A DNA stretch of 40,046 bases, taken from Albugo candida. Its lineage: Eukaryota. The position numbers and the translations under genes are program-made. The stretch is taken from assembly GCA_040437565.1 (NCBI GenBank), contig JBDOQK010000093.1, forward strand, positions 1-40,046, read 5' to 3'. Positions 1 to 12,100 of this stretch are shown here, piece by piece. The notes under the pieces were generated by a model that was given only the letters and a program-made list of their open reading frames with translations, was not told where the DNA came from and did no database searches. Every line of letters starts with the position of its first letter. Within the stretch, counting starts at the first letter, position 1.

Positions 1-138
1 TAAACCCATAAACCATAAACCCATAAACCATAAACCCATAAACCATAAACCCATAAACCATAAACCCATAAACCATAAACCATAAACCATAAACCATAAA
101 CCATAAACCATAAACCATAAACCATAAACCATAAACCC
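1..138 (-). repeat. Telomeric array of variant repeats (C-strand TAAACCCA/TAAACCA; G-strand TTTATGGG/TTTATGG)
   Basis: 1-75 is (TAAACCCA TAAACCA)x5, 76-131 is (TAAACCA)x8 and 132-138 is one canonical TAAACCC. The C-rich strand lies at the 5' end of the sequence, as expected for a left telomere. Confidence 0.92.
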
Positions 139-141
139 TAA

Positions 142-440
142 CATCATATACAGAAAGGATTTGAAACCAACTGATCTTTTACTCTTTTTCAAATCTAGCG
201 GAGAACTAGAAAAAATCAGAAATATTACTTTAATAAAAAGCAGTGTCATGAATCACTTTAAATCTTGTAGAAAAGTAAAAATAATTAGTAATACATTATT
301 ACTGTTTTTTCTAAAAGCTGATTATTATTTCACTACTGAGCCCATAATGAAAAATTCATCTCATCATATTCAAAATAGATTAAAGGCTAACTGAACTTTT
401 TCATTTTTTTAATCTAGTAGAAACTAGAAATAATCAATAA
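142..440. repeat. AT-rich telomere-associated (subtelomeric) repeat
   Basis: The block CATCATAT...AACTGA.CTTTT...AATCTAG..G.AACTAGAAA.AATCA occurs at 142 and again at 362 (220-bp spacing). A related sub-unit lies near 256-290. Confidence 0.7.
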
Positions 441-474
441 GAGATCGCTTTTGAATTCGAACTTACTCAGCAAC

Positions 475-1276
475 ATGAGTTTAATTCTTCCCATGTGGCA
501 AACGCTATCCCGCCAGGAAGTTGTCAGAGCGCATGCCGACTCCCAGTATGAGTGGCTCTGTACTGACGAGGAAGTGCTGATGAGCTTTCTTACGACTCGC
601 TTCCGAAGGTAGCTCCTTCAGAAAAGAGCAACAAGATTCATCGCATGAACTTTTTCCGGCTGCTGTTTTTACAGAAGCGACACAAAATGTGTCCGGATGC
701 GATCGTAGAAGCATGGAACAAGGAGTATGTCAAGTTGCATGAGGATTGGATGGGAAAACTGAAGGTTTGTGACAGTGAATGGATGCGACCTATCGACGGG
801 TTGAAGTTCTATGTACACATTGGTTCAATTAGGGAGCGTATTCCTTGCGCTGTGCGATTGAAGTACACATGTCCACACTGCCCTGCAAGGGCACTGAAAT
901 TCAACCATGAACTTCGAGCCCATCCGTGCTACGAAATGTTGAGCACGCAACTTCTTACGGCAATTGGAAATTTGGACGATCTCTTTGCCCAATTCGCATT
1001 GGAACAACGTGAATTTCACGTTATTGTTTGATGGATCGCCGATCATTTGATGTTTTTTCGCTTGGCGTTTCGGAAATGAACGAAGCTACATGCGATGTCA
1101 AAGCGATGCAGGCTGCATTTTCACGATGCGAGGAGGTGAGAAAATTGAAGGAACATGATCGGCAAGAAGCTTTGGCTCAACTCACAAGGTCGGTCAAGGA
1201 AACTGCTGATTTCATCAGGAGGTTGAAGCGCAAAGTAGATGATCTCGAGAATAGGTCCAAGCTTAAAAATGAATAA
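475..1276 (+). pseudogene. Telomere-proximal gene of unknown function (CxxC...HxC motif plus C-terminal coiled coil), frameshifted
   Basis: ATG at 475 reads to a stop at 610. ORF 645-1031 carries CPHCPARALKFNHELRAHPC. ORF 1028-1276 is heptad-rich (EVRKLKEHDRQEALAQLTRSVKETADFIRRLKRKVDDLE). The second copy at 2153 joins the last two ORFs in frame (LEQREPSRYCLMDRR). Confidence 0.45.
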
Positions 1277-2038
1277 GAGAAAACCTTACATGTTTATATT
1301 ATATTTTCCAAAATTGAAGCTAACTCATGATACATTATGGGAAGACAGCATGGAATGAATGTAATTGAAGCTACTAAATGAGTTATGGCTTCTTAGATTA
1401 TGATAACCAAAACGAAGAACACAAGAAGCTTCGGTGGTGGCGTAACAGACTATCATCCTGTGTTGACTTGACCAAAAACTACTTCAACACCTATAAGATC
1501 GGATGAATCCAATATGGTAGGTTTGTACTACACTGGCGTGGAATGTAAAGCTGATTACGACGGATTAAATAAACGATAATAATCACTATGTAAGAGGTTG
1601 CTTCATACCCACACAGTCTTTGATCCCATCACATCTCGTCTGTTTATATAATGTCGGTAAGAGCTCCATAATACCTTAAATGTAGATATGACGACTCCAC
1701 ATGCGATAAACTTCCATTTAGACTCCTGGTTGTCGAAATGAATGGTTTCAACGCATAAATTAGGATCAGGCACATCTCTCCCCGCTGATGTGAATACTGC
1801 TTGCACACTGAATCGTGTGATAAACAACCAAGTCCGTTTGGCTTGCTCAATCAAACAAAACTGAAGCAAGTCCATTTCGAGCGCGTGATGATTGTAATGA
1901 ATGTATAGCCCATACACGCACTTCCATTTTACTACGCAACAAAATCAGTCGTTTAATTTCCCATTTGCTCTACAGTGGATCACCTTGCAAATAGTTTCAT
2001 AATTTCTCGATTCAGGCATCCAAAGGCGTTAAGTTCCT

Positions 2039-2138
2039 NNNNNNNNNNNNNNNNNNNNNNNNNNNNNNNNNNNNNNNNNNNNNNNNNNNNNNNNNNNNNN
2101 NNNNNNNNNNNNNNNNNNNNNNNNNNNNNNNNNNNNNN
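2039..2138. other. Assembly gap (100 N)
   Basis: Run of exactly 100 N. Confidence 0.99.
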
Positions 2139-2152
2139 TGTTCCAATGCGAA

Positions 2153-2428
2153 TTGGAACAACGTGAACCTTCACGTTATTGTTTGATGGATCGCCGATCA
2201 TTTGATGTTTTCTCCCTTGGCGTTTCGGAAATGACCCAAGCTACATGCGATGTCAAAGCGATGCAGGCTGCATTTTCACGATGCGAGGAGGTGAGAAAAT
2301 TGAAGGAACATGATCGGCAAGAAGCTTTGGTCCAACTCAGAAAGTCGGTTAAGGAAACCGCTGATATCATCAGGAGGTTGAAGCGCAAAGTAGATGATCT
2401 CGAGAATAGGTCCAAGCATAAAAAATAA
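2153..2428 (+). CDS. 3' part of the second copy of the telomere-proximal coiled-coil gene (5' end lost in the gap)
   Basis: 91-aa ORF nearly identical to 1028-1276, with in-frame LEQREPSRYCL upstream. Confidence 0.35.
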   Translation: MEQREPSRYCLMDRRSFDVFSLGVSEMTQATCDVKAMQAAFSRCEEVRKLKEHDRQEALVQLRKSVKETADIIRRLKRKVDDLENRSKHKK

Positions 2429-5400
2429 TAAGTGAAAAACTTTACATGTTTATATTATATTTTCCGAAATTGAAGCTAACTCATGATACATTATGGGAAG
2501 ACAGCATGGATGAATGTAATTGAAGCTACTAAATTAGTTATGGCTTCTTAGATTATGATAACAAAAATGAAGAACACAAGAAGCTTCGGTGGTGGCGTAT
2601 GAGACTATCATCCTGTGTTGACTTGACCAAAAACTACTTCAACACCAATAAGATCGGATGAACCCGATATGATAGTGTTGTAGTACACTGACGTAGAATG
2701 TAAAGCTGATTACGATGGATTAAATAAACGATAATATCACTATGTAAGAAGTTGCTTCATGCCCACACAGTCTTTGATCCCATCACATCTCGTCTGTTTA
2801 TATCATGTCGGTAAGAGCTCCATAATACCTTAAATGTAGATGTGACGATTTCCCATGCGATAAACTTCCATTTGATCTCCTGGTTGTCGAAATGAATGGT
2901 TTCAACGCATAAATTAGGATCAGGCACGTCTCGCCCCGCTGATGTGAATATTGCTTGCACACTGAATCGTGTGATATACAACCAAGTCCGTTTGGCTTGC
3001 TCAATAAAACAAAATTGAAGCAAGTCAATTTCGAGCGCGTGATGATTGTAATGAATGTATAGCCCATACAGGCACTTCCATTTTACAATGCAGCAAAATC
3101 AGTCGTTTATTTCCCATTTGCTCTACATTTGATCACCTTGCAAATAGTTTCATAATTTCTCGATTCAGGCATCCAAAGGCGTTAAGTTCCTCGATGCTGT
3201 TACCAAAAATCAGCCAATTCTAGACAGATGAGCTGTCATCTTCATCTCCGTCGTCGGATGTATATACAAAAGCTGCAAGAAGATCGCTTCAATCACAAAA
3301 TTTGCTATGTTTGTTATTTTGATCCATTGAGCTTGAGAAGGAATCACAACCTTCCGTCATTATCCTTTTCGCTACTTATATCTTCGAAGCAAAATGACAT
3401 AATAACGATTACTAGAATATGATTTCCGATTGCGTAACAATGACATTTTGTGAAGCCTTACGATGGCATCAAGATAATAGTTGGAGGTGCTTCTTTAGTT
3501 TCTTCCGTTATGATTCAATTTCAAAATCAAATATGAAAAATATATATACACGAATTCAATCAAACTCGCCGTACCGGACACGCGACCGATGTATATATGC
3601 ACCGAAGCAGATACTCAATTTTTTTTGACCTTGGACGCACTGCCGCTTACCTCTTTAGCAATGTCGACTAAAGCAAGACGAGCTTGCCACCTACAAATCA
3701 TTTGAGTAGCGTCAAATATGGCTTCTTAGGCGTGTCTATCATTTAAAGATCCGTAGTATATGTGAATAGTTGAAAGTCATTATCATGACTGAACTTGTGA
3801 CAACACTGCTAGAAAGCGGCATCATCACTACATTGGAAGAAGGTACAACAGTTCTTGCGTCACGAAACGCAATACTTTCTTGCGAACAGTCACTTTGATT
3901 CTATGATTGCGGCTCAAGGATTAAATTGATTTACTCAGTCGATAGCCATCTCAAATGGTATTGCTCATTTCGTTTTGAAACCGTCCTAAATGCGCAGCCG
4001 TTATCCCTTTCATCGTTTTCTGATCGGAATCGGAAGACACATTTGTCACGAAGGACCTCCATGAGAGGAGGTCAAATTCCATTTAGTTGATGCTTGTTTG
4101 CCAAACAGCAATAAATAAATGTTCCGCTGTTCATGAAGTCAGGCTTCGCACGAAACGAATTTTTTCAATATGAGCTGCGCTCGTCATAGCTTTGATTTCG
4201 TTTATGCGTTCGGGAACCTTCCGCAAGGCCACACTCTCGGCGGCACGGAACAACGGGTTACTGAATCTGCGAATCATCAATTGGTAAAGCTCCGCCATCA
4301 GGTCAAACCAAGCCTTCAATCTCCTCGTTCAACTTCTTCGAGTTCTTGATCTTCTTCTCTTCTTTCAAAGTACTGTCTCATCCATATTCAAGTTTTTGGA
4401 TATCATTGTTGGTATCTGATAATTCTAGCACATTCTTGTGAAGCGCTTCCTCAAGACTGTCATGTAATTACTGTCCATCGCTAGCCGCAAGATGTATTTT
4501 ACTTCTTTTATCGTGTTCATCCGACACTTTTGTACACTCGACAACCACATCAAAATGTTATTTTTCATATTCACCTTTCTCTGACACAATCCGACCCCAT
4601 ATTGCATGCATGATCATTTTATCCACCTAAACAATTTGAAAATCTATCGGGAAAGACGACTCCATCACAAAAGGAAGCGAGCATCCAGCCCTCCGTGTTG
4701 AAAAGATGTCTTTTTTCGACTCTACCTGTGCAATTGAGATTACACCAGCGAAATTGTCAGCTTCTCGGCTTGATCTTTGGGATGGCGAAGACCTTCTGAA
4801 TATAGTCAAACTTATTTTTGAAGCATGCTTATTGTCGTCAGCAAACATGTCGACCAAACTAAACACACCAATCTACTTTGGCCATGAAATCTAAGGATCA
4901 ACAGTGTTGCACGAGAAAGAGTGAGGGTGGTATAGGCGGTGATTTTTCTTACTATGCAAGCATTCTGTGAGTAGTTCAAGCTCAGACACGACTTTTATCA
5001 AATACAATTCATCTACTAATGAACGTTCCTTTCAAAAGTCTTCACTGGTCGGACCAATTCTACTTGATCGAGCCACAGCTTTCTCGTCGAGCGCATCGAT
5101 ATCCTTCCATTTTCCATCGATAGAACAAACGTTGAATAATAGTATAATCATTTATAACAGCTAATTTGAGCTACCGATGCTGGATTACTAGATCATTATG
5201 GAATAGATTAAGGCTAAAGACCTAGATGGAGACAAATCACATCATGACGTCATTCCGCTATGAGGATCAATGTATAGCTATTGACTGACGAGTGGGCTCG
5301 GTATAAGTTATCTGGCACTTTTTCTTAGATGAAGACAGGTAGTGCATTCTCATTTCTCCATAATAGGTGTTGACAGTCGCGTTTTTGCGTATTGTGTGAT

Positions 5401-7000
5401 AGCGATTAATGAGGAAGAGTGGATAGGTGACGATGAAAAGATCATGGAGCAGTACGCTCAGAGGTAAATGAGCACCTATAGAGATGGATCCAATAAAGTC
5501 ACTTTTGCGCATATTGCAATCAATCAAAGTCGTGTGTTTCATTTTTGTCAGAAAATACTCCAAGGTATCCTGATTTTTTTTTCCAGACTTCACCAATGTG
5601 ATCGATTATTTCTTCCTCGTAATCAAACTTTCTATGCAGATGGTTACTTTGCGACGATGCGAATCTTTGTGACGATGCGAATACGCGTTTGGAATGCTCT
5701 CAATAATCTGATTCAAATTGCACATTGTAAAGGTTCGCCGATCGATGCTGAGAGTCTCGCAATTTTTTTCTCAGCGGCTGGCAATAGTTTCATCGGACGC
5801 TGTTGCGATTTTACATAATCTTTGTACCATTTATGAACATTCTTCGACAGGATCACTTCTACAGATATAAGATGCCAATAGTGTGGACACTGTATACGAA
5901 AACAGTTATCAGCATAGGCATCAGGTGAAACATCTCTGGTTGACAGTGGAAATGATGCAAGCCGACTTGAGTAACAGATTTCGATATCGCCAGTGAGATC
6001 AAGACATCAGTCGAAGCATCTTGGAATACGTTCTAGGTGATATCGGCCTACCATAAGCGCATGCACCGGATCAAGATATGAGGCTCGTGCCAGCATTTTC
6101 TCGCGTCTCACTACTTCAGCGGATGAGATAATTCAAATAGAGGAGAGCTGGTGTTTGTTTTGCTGCTTCCACTGTCAATTGGTTCAAGCCGAAACAAGTA
6201 TCAAACAAACACCGCGTACATTCCGAGGCTTCACAATGGACTATTCACGTACACTGATATCTATCGCCTATAAAGCGCCATCTTGTACAAAATATTTAAG
6301 ACATGCAATACCAGATATATCGAAATATCGAATTGGAAGTCTTTAGCAAGCGGTCGCTCTGTTCGGTCTCGCCGTCGGTGATCCAATTTATTGTTTGGTC
6401 TCACTTATCAGAAGTTGCTGTACTCGATAGCACTTGCTTGAAGATCATTTCGGAAACTTTCGAGATATCTTTTGATACAGATTTTGGCTGCAATTGCAGA
6501 ACTCAAATGCGTCCCATATATAGTGTAATCTTCATGTCTTATCCATGATCCGTTGCTCTTACTCGCGAAAAGCTGACTCGGTAGAAACGCATTTACAGTC
6601 CTACCGTAGTCAGAGTTCCATTTCGACAATGAATAGACGAAACGACTTAAAGAAATCGCTTGCGTTACGTTTTCTTTTGTCAGATGAGCATGTAATGAGA
6701 TTTCCACCAAGTTTTGACGAGTCAAAGGCAAGCCATCATCGTTAACTGGAACTTTGCCACAACTCAACTCGTTTGATTATTGCTCACTGTTTTATCTATC
6801 TAAGTAAATTTTGGGGAAGACAACACGTGAGGTACGCCTACGCATTCAGCTTATTATCAAACAGAGATTTAATCGGCAAGAAGCGAGTGATTGCTCCTTG
6901 CTACACAACTGGAATCCACTAATGACGCTGCTCATACTTTACAATGGAACATGATGCTGACATGTCAAGTATTCTTCTGGTTGTTTTCTATTGATGGAGC

Positions 7001-8830
7001 AAGTGTTGATATTATTATTGCACGCATATATATTAGACACGAGATATAAGTCGTAGTGTTTACAGACGCTAGTGTTTATTAAAAGCATAATACAAAAACT
7101 AGTCGAAGTATGAAACAAAAAAGTGAACCGAATGATGGGAGCGTTAGTACATCAGAAGGCTGGATATTATATTCAGAAGATGGAGGAAATGTTAATGTCA
7201 CAATCACATGGACGCATATTAGATACTAGAGGTAATATAAGCGTAGTGTTGACGACCGGTAGTGATTAAGAAGAGTTTTATACAATAAGTAGTCAAAGTA
7301 TAAAAGAATAATGTGAATCCATCGATGGAGGCGTTAGTACCTAAGTAGTGCTAAATATTATACCAACAGATGTTGCAAGTGTTGATCTAATCAACGCATA
7401 CAGGTATATTTGATACTGGAGGAAGTATACGTCGTCGTACTCCCAAACGCTTCTGATTGAGTGGCATTTAAAACAAAAACCACTCAAAGTATAAATCAAT
7501 AAAGGGATTCATGCGATGGGGGCGTCAGTATACATGTACAGCTAGATAGTATAAAGAAAGTGTTAATGTTATGAGGGCATATACGTATATTTGACAATGT
7601 CACAAGTCTTAATATTGAGGTATACTAGTGAGAAGGAAAATAAGGAAAAAGTAAAAAAGCTAATCAAAGTATGAAATAGTAAAGGGAATCCGATGATGGG
7701 GCTTAGCATAAGTAAAGCTAGATACTACATCAGAAATTAGACAAAGTGGTGCAGTTATGCACGTATGCAGGTATATTAGACACTTGAGGCAGAATAAGTC
7801 GTAGTATTCACTAGCGCTGAAGAACTTAATACAGAAACTAATCAAAGTATGAAACAATAAAGGGAATCTTGTGATGGTAAAGGTAGATATTACATCAGAA
7901 GATAGACAAAGTGCTGCTGTTATAAATGTATGCAGTTATATCAGACACTTGAGGTAATATAAGTCGTAGTATACACGAAAGCTCGTCATAGAAAACAACA
8001 ACTAATCAAAGTATAAACAATAAAGGGAATCTTGTGATGGGGGCGTGATTATACAGGTACAGCTACAATATAACTATCAAACAGAAGAAGTGTTGATGTT
8101 ATACACGTATATACGTATATTAGAGACTGGAGGTAATGTAAGTCGTAGTTTACACGAACGCTTGTGATTTAGAAGGAATGTGTGCATAAACTGATCAGAG
8201 TATAAATTAAGAAAGGGATCGTAGGGTGGGGGCGTTATCAAAACGTAAAAGCTTGATATTTATCAGAATTTTGCTGAAGTGTTGGTGTTAGAAACGTATA
8301 CACGTATACTAATAGCGGTACAAGTAGCATTACTATTCACGAATGGTAGTGATTAAGAATGACTTGCAATAAAAACGTATCAAAGTATGAAAAATGTACG
8401 GATTGTATGATAGGAACGTAAGCACATCAGTAAGACAAGATAATATATCAGAATATACTGGAACTACTGCTGATGTGATAAAACGTATGCACGTATATTA
8501 AACAATGGAGGGAATATAAGTCTGCCATTTGACAAACTCAAGTAATTACGAAGAATATGAAATAAAACTAAACAAAGTATAAAACAAGGAAGGGAGTAGT
8601 ATCACGGGGGGGTGAGAGAACACAAGTAAAGCGATAAATTATATCATCAGATAGAAGTGTTAATATTATACACACATATACGTATATTAGAGACTGGTGG
8701 TAACATAAGTCGTAGTATTCACAAACGCTTGTAATTAAGACGGATTTGATACAAAACCTGATCAAAGTATGAAACAATATAGGGAATTGTATGATGAGGG
8801 CACTAACGTATAAAATAAACTTAGGTACAC
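7001..8830. repeat. Diverged tandem satellite, ~10 copies of a ~185-bp monomer
   Basis: The landmark TCAAAGTAT(G/A)AA (allowing one mismatch) falls at 7103, 7293, 7484, 7664, 7842, 8006, 8195, 8380, 8572 and 8762, a spacing of 164-192 bp. Copies share AAGTGTT, CGTATATTAGA, TAAGTCGTAGT and AAGGGAAT..TGATGG(G) motifs. Confidence 0.92.
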
Positions 8831-9179
8831 TCTTTACGTGCATAAAAAAACTCGTGGAGTCCTATAGTGTAAAATTTATGATTTGCCATCCATCATTTCG
8901 TGCCAGCCGATGTTAAATGTTATGTTTGAATTGCTATCGATAGCGTTCATGCAATACTTTACAAGAAAGTAACCCATCTTGCTCGCTGCTCCGTTTTCTG
9001 CTCGAAATATCGCTTGGACGCTTATAGTTCCGGAGCTGGGTCGAGTCTTCATTCTTCATTTCCTTGTCGATCAATCGCAAGGGAGACTCTCTATAGTATT
9101 TCAATTCTCAGGTCGCCTTTTTTTGATAAAAATTAAATAAAACTGCAAAGCGACACGAATTGAATTGCAGATCTCAATT

Positions 9180-12100
9180 CAATGCTTTAACGCTGCATAT
9201 TTCCTCATTACCACGACTACGGGAACATTCTCTTCCATTCTAACTTTTTGGCACATACAGCCAGACGGATACACGAGTTTCCTGAGACGTAGAGGATCGC
9301 AGTATCGACCGCAGCTTCGTGAGAGTGATTTCATTAGGAACCAGCCATCTTCGCGTTTAATTGTATCGATATGGCTGCGGTAGATCTCGACGCTACCGAT
9401 TTCTGATGAATACTCAACTCGCGAACTTTCCATTCGCGAAACTTCCCCAAGTTTATCGATTGCTTCTGATCTTTCGGCTTGGAGATCAATTTGCAATAAT
9501 TTTTATCCAGACATCCAGAAAAGACGATTTCGCTCGTCTGTGCCGTCAGCGCAATCATGTGGAGTCTTCCGCTGTTGCGCCTTTGATTTGATCTGCTTTA
9601 TATGCTCCTTTCGCTGCAACCTGAGCGGATGCTTCTGAATCTGACATCTTCAACAGCTGAAAAAATGGAGTTTCATGTATCGGTTGGATCTTCAAATCAG
9701 TGTCGATGCCTATTTGGGCTTCTAAACCTTCATAGCTCCAACAGCAGCTTCTTAGCAAAGCTCCGACTCCATAAGGCTATGATAAAATGTCCTGGCCACC
9801 TATTCATACCGATTTTTAAATGTTTATGATACTGTTCCGGACTACTCTTTAGGCGTGCCGTAACCAGCACAAATGATTGTAAAACTGGTCCTGCTTACTC
9901 TCGAAGCTCTAACGAACAAGCGTATAACCCGTTAGAACTTCACTGACTCGTTTAGAACGTTGAGCACTCTCAAAATTCTCTTAGAAAGAGGTATTAGTAC
10001 GAACAGCATCGAGTCTTATTCATCGATTTGCACATGTATTAAATCCATAAAACCGCGATGTTCACATGCTCTAAATGCTTTAAACTCTTCGAACTTATGC
10101 TAGAGATTGAAAATTTAGATGAGAAAGGTGATCATTATGCCGTATTGTACATCAGATACTTTGATCATTCCGTAAACGAAAAGATATCCGGATATTTCAT
10201 GCTGTAGTTAACGTATTTGAGTTTATGTTTCCATTGTTCCAGTCACAAGACATCCCATTAGCTCTTACCCGTACAATATCATGGAAAGTACCACTCCCAG
10301 AGACCACATACGCTCAGGACATTTACGGATCGAGATAAGCCGGTCTCTATCATACGTACTGAATACATCAAGAACGATGTATCCTTTCATTATTCCCCCC
10401 TTCTAAGGATGTCAATAGCCTGGAGTATCGCTAATGATAAAAATGGCAAAATCGGATTTTGTCCGTCTGCTGATCGAGATCTTTATATTATAGGCAATCG
10501 ATAAGCGCGTATGTCAAATGAATGACTGCTAAGCAAGTTGACAGCATCTCAAAGGAGTCATGGCATTGTTGTGGATACTAATCACAACTCTATGAATTTT
10601 ACCTTGACGTATTGCATTTCCTCATTGAGAAAGCCTCGACTATTCAGCCGCTTTTCGAGCTCAAGCGATGCTTTCCTCAAATGATACGGCTGTAAGCTTC
10701 GGAGTGCCTCTGCCATTGCTGTTGATATTGTAATACTCTCGTTGTGATAATATTGCACTAGACGAATAACCTCTGTACAATCTCCTACAACATTGGATGA
10801 TTCGATGCCATTATATCGTACGCCTCGACCAGGACGGGAGGTAGGTGGCGAAAGGTTTTCCATGTTCCGAACAAGAAGCAGCAAGTAATCCTGAACCAGT
10901 CTAGTGAAACCTTAAGTAAGTACATCATTGAGGATCACCCGACCCCATTCAATGAACATGCCAAGTTGCTGACAGCTTTGCAACGCTATCGTGTAAACGT
11001 TTCCGTTGGGTTCGATTATTCAAAGATGCGTAATATTTTTTCCATCACATCTTTTGTGAAAGGAAATTCCGTTTTTGATGATGCTGCCAACGTTGGGATG
11101 TTTGCTCATTCAAGGAATCCCTCGCACATAAATTTGGATGATGTATCTGTAGCAATTCCATTGTTTCGTTTAGCCATTAAAAACCATGGAAAAATGAGCA
11201 ACCTGAGCGATATGTGTTGGTGGTTGTATGGCTTCGGTCACATGCACTGCTCCGATTTTTGTACACAAAAACAGTTGTCAAGGATGCACCACCATGTGAA
11301 TTGCATACACATTACAGTACTTGACGTACTAAGTCTTTGTCAGCACTGCCATCGATAAATTTTGACGCATTGCTCAGGCTGGGAGGTTTTCAAGTAAACA
11401 TTGACGACATCTTAGGTTGTGCAGGCATTCACGGCAGCAAACTGGTCTTTTGTGGCTCGCATCCGATCTGCTAAATCTGCTATTGCTAAGAAAATGAATA
11501 TAGAAAATAGTTTCGGGCTTTAACATAATATTCAGTATTTGATGCATTTGCGACAAGCTGATTACGACTCGCCAGAATCTTGCCAAACAGTTCTTCTGTG
11601 AATGCGCTACAAAATTGGGGCTGTCAAAGCATAAAAAGCGATTTCGATGTCATATGTTTGCATGAGCTCATAGAAAGCAGAAAAAATATTCAAAACATGC
11701 TTTCAGACTCGTCGCTAAATATAGGGCTTCACTCGTCAATTCGTCGATAGGGTTGCCATACACTTGCAGCATTTCCGTACATGCAACCTCTGCTTCAAGT
11801 ATATGTGACATAGTATTTCTGCTAGGCAAATATTTTCTTTGTGTACTCGCCAAATTTACTTTATGAAGGCGCATGTGCACTTGCATTTTCGCAGTGTACA
11901 AGACCAACTTCTGCAGCGAGCTTCTTTGTTCACTTATATATGCTCAGTACGCTATCGAGACGATGTGCGGTCAGGAAGACCCGCATTGCATTCGACATGC
12001 CATCCAAAAGCTCTGTAGTCAAAATAGTACTCCACAGGAGTGCTTCTACCAACGCTTGTGCGATTTACCACTCTGATGATACATTCTCTATTAAACAGTC

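Larger units (their letters stand above)
998..3191 (+). repeat. Direct duplication of ~1.04 kb (998-2038 and 2152-3191) flanking an assembly gap
   Basis: Both copies run from ATTGGAACAACGTGAA to GGCGTTAAGTTCCT with scattered substitutions and small indels. Confidence 0.93.

Noticed and set aside
1975-2201. ORFs spanning N runs (also 39439-39690)
   Set aside because: Artefacts of translating through assembly gaps.
7001-8830. CRISPR-like array or repeat-protein gene
   Set aside because: Whole monomers are homologous with no unique spacers, the context is eukaryotic with no cas genes, and the periods do not preserve reading frame.
11374-11586. Secreted CxxC effector (CRQCLLENLP) with signal-like KLFSIFIFLAIA
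   Set aside because: The two motifs are in different frames, and the hydrophobic frame reads on as part of the PPR-like relic.
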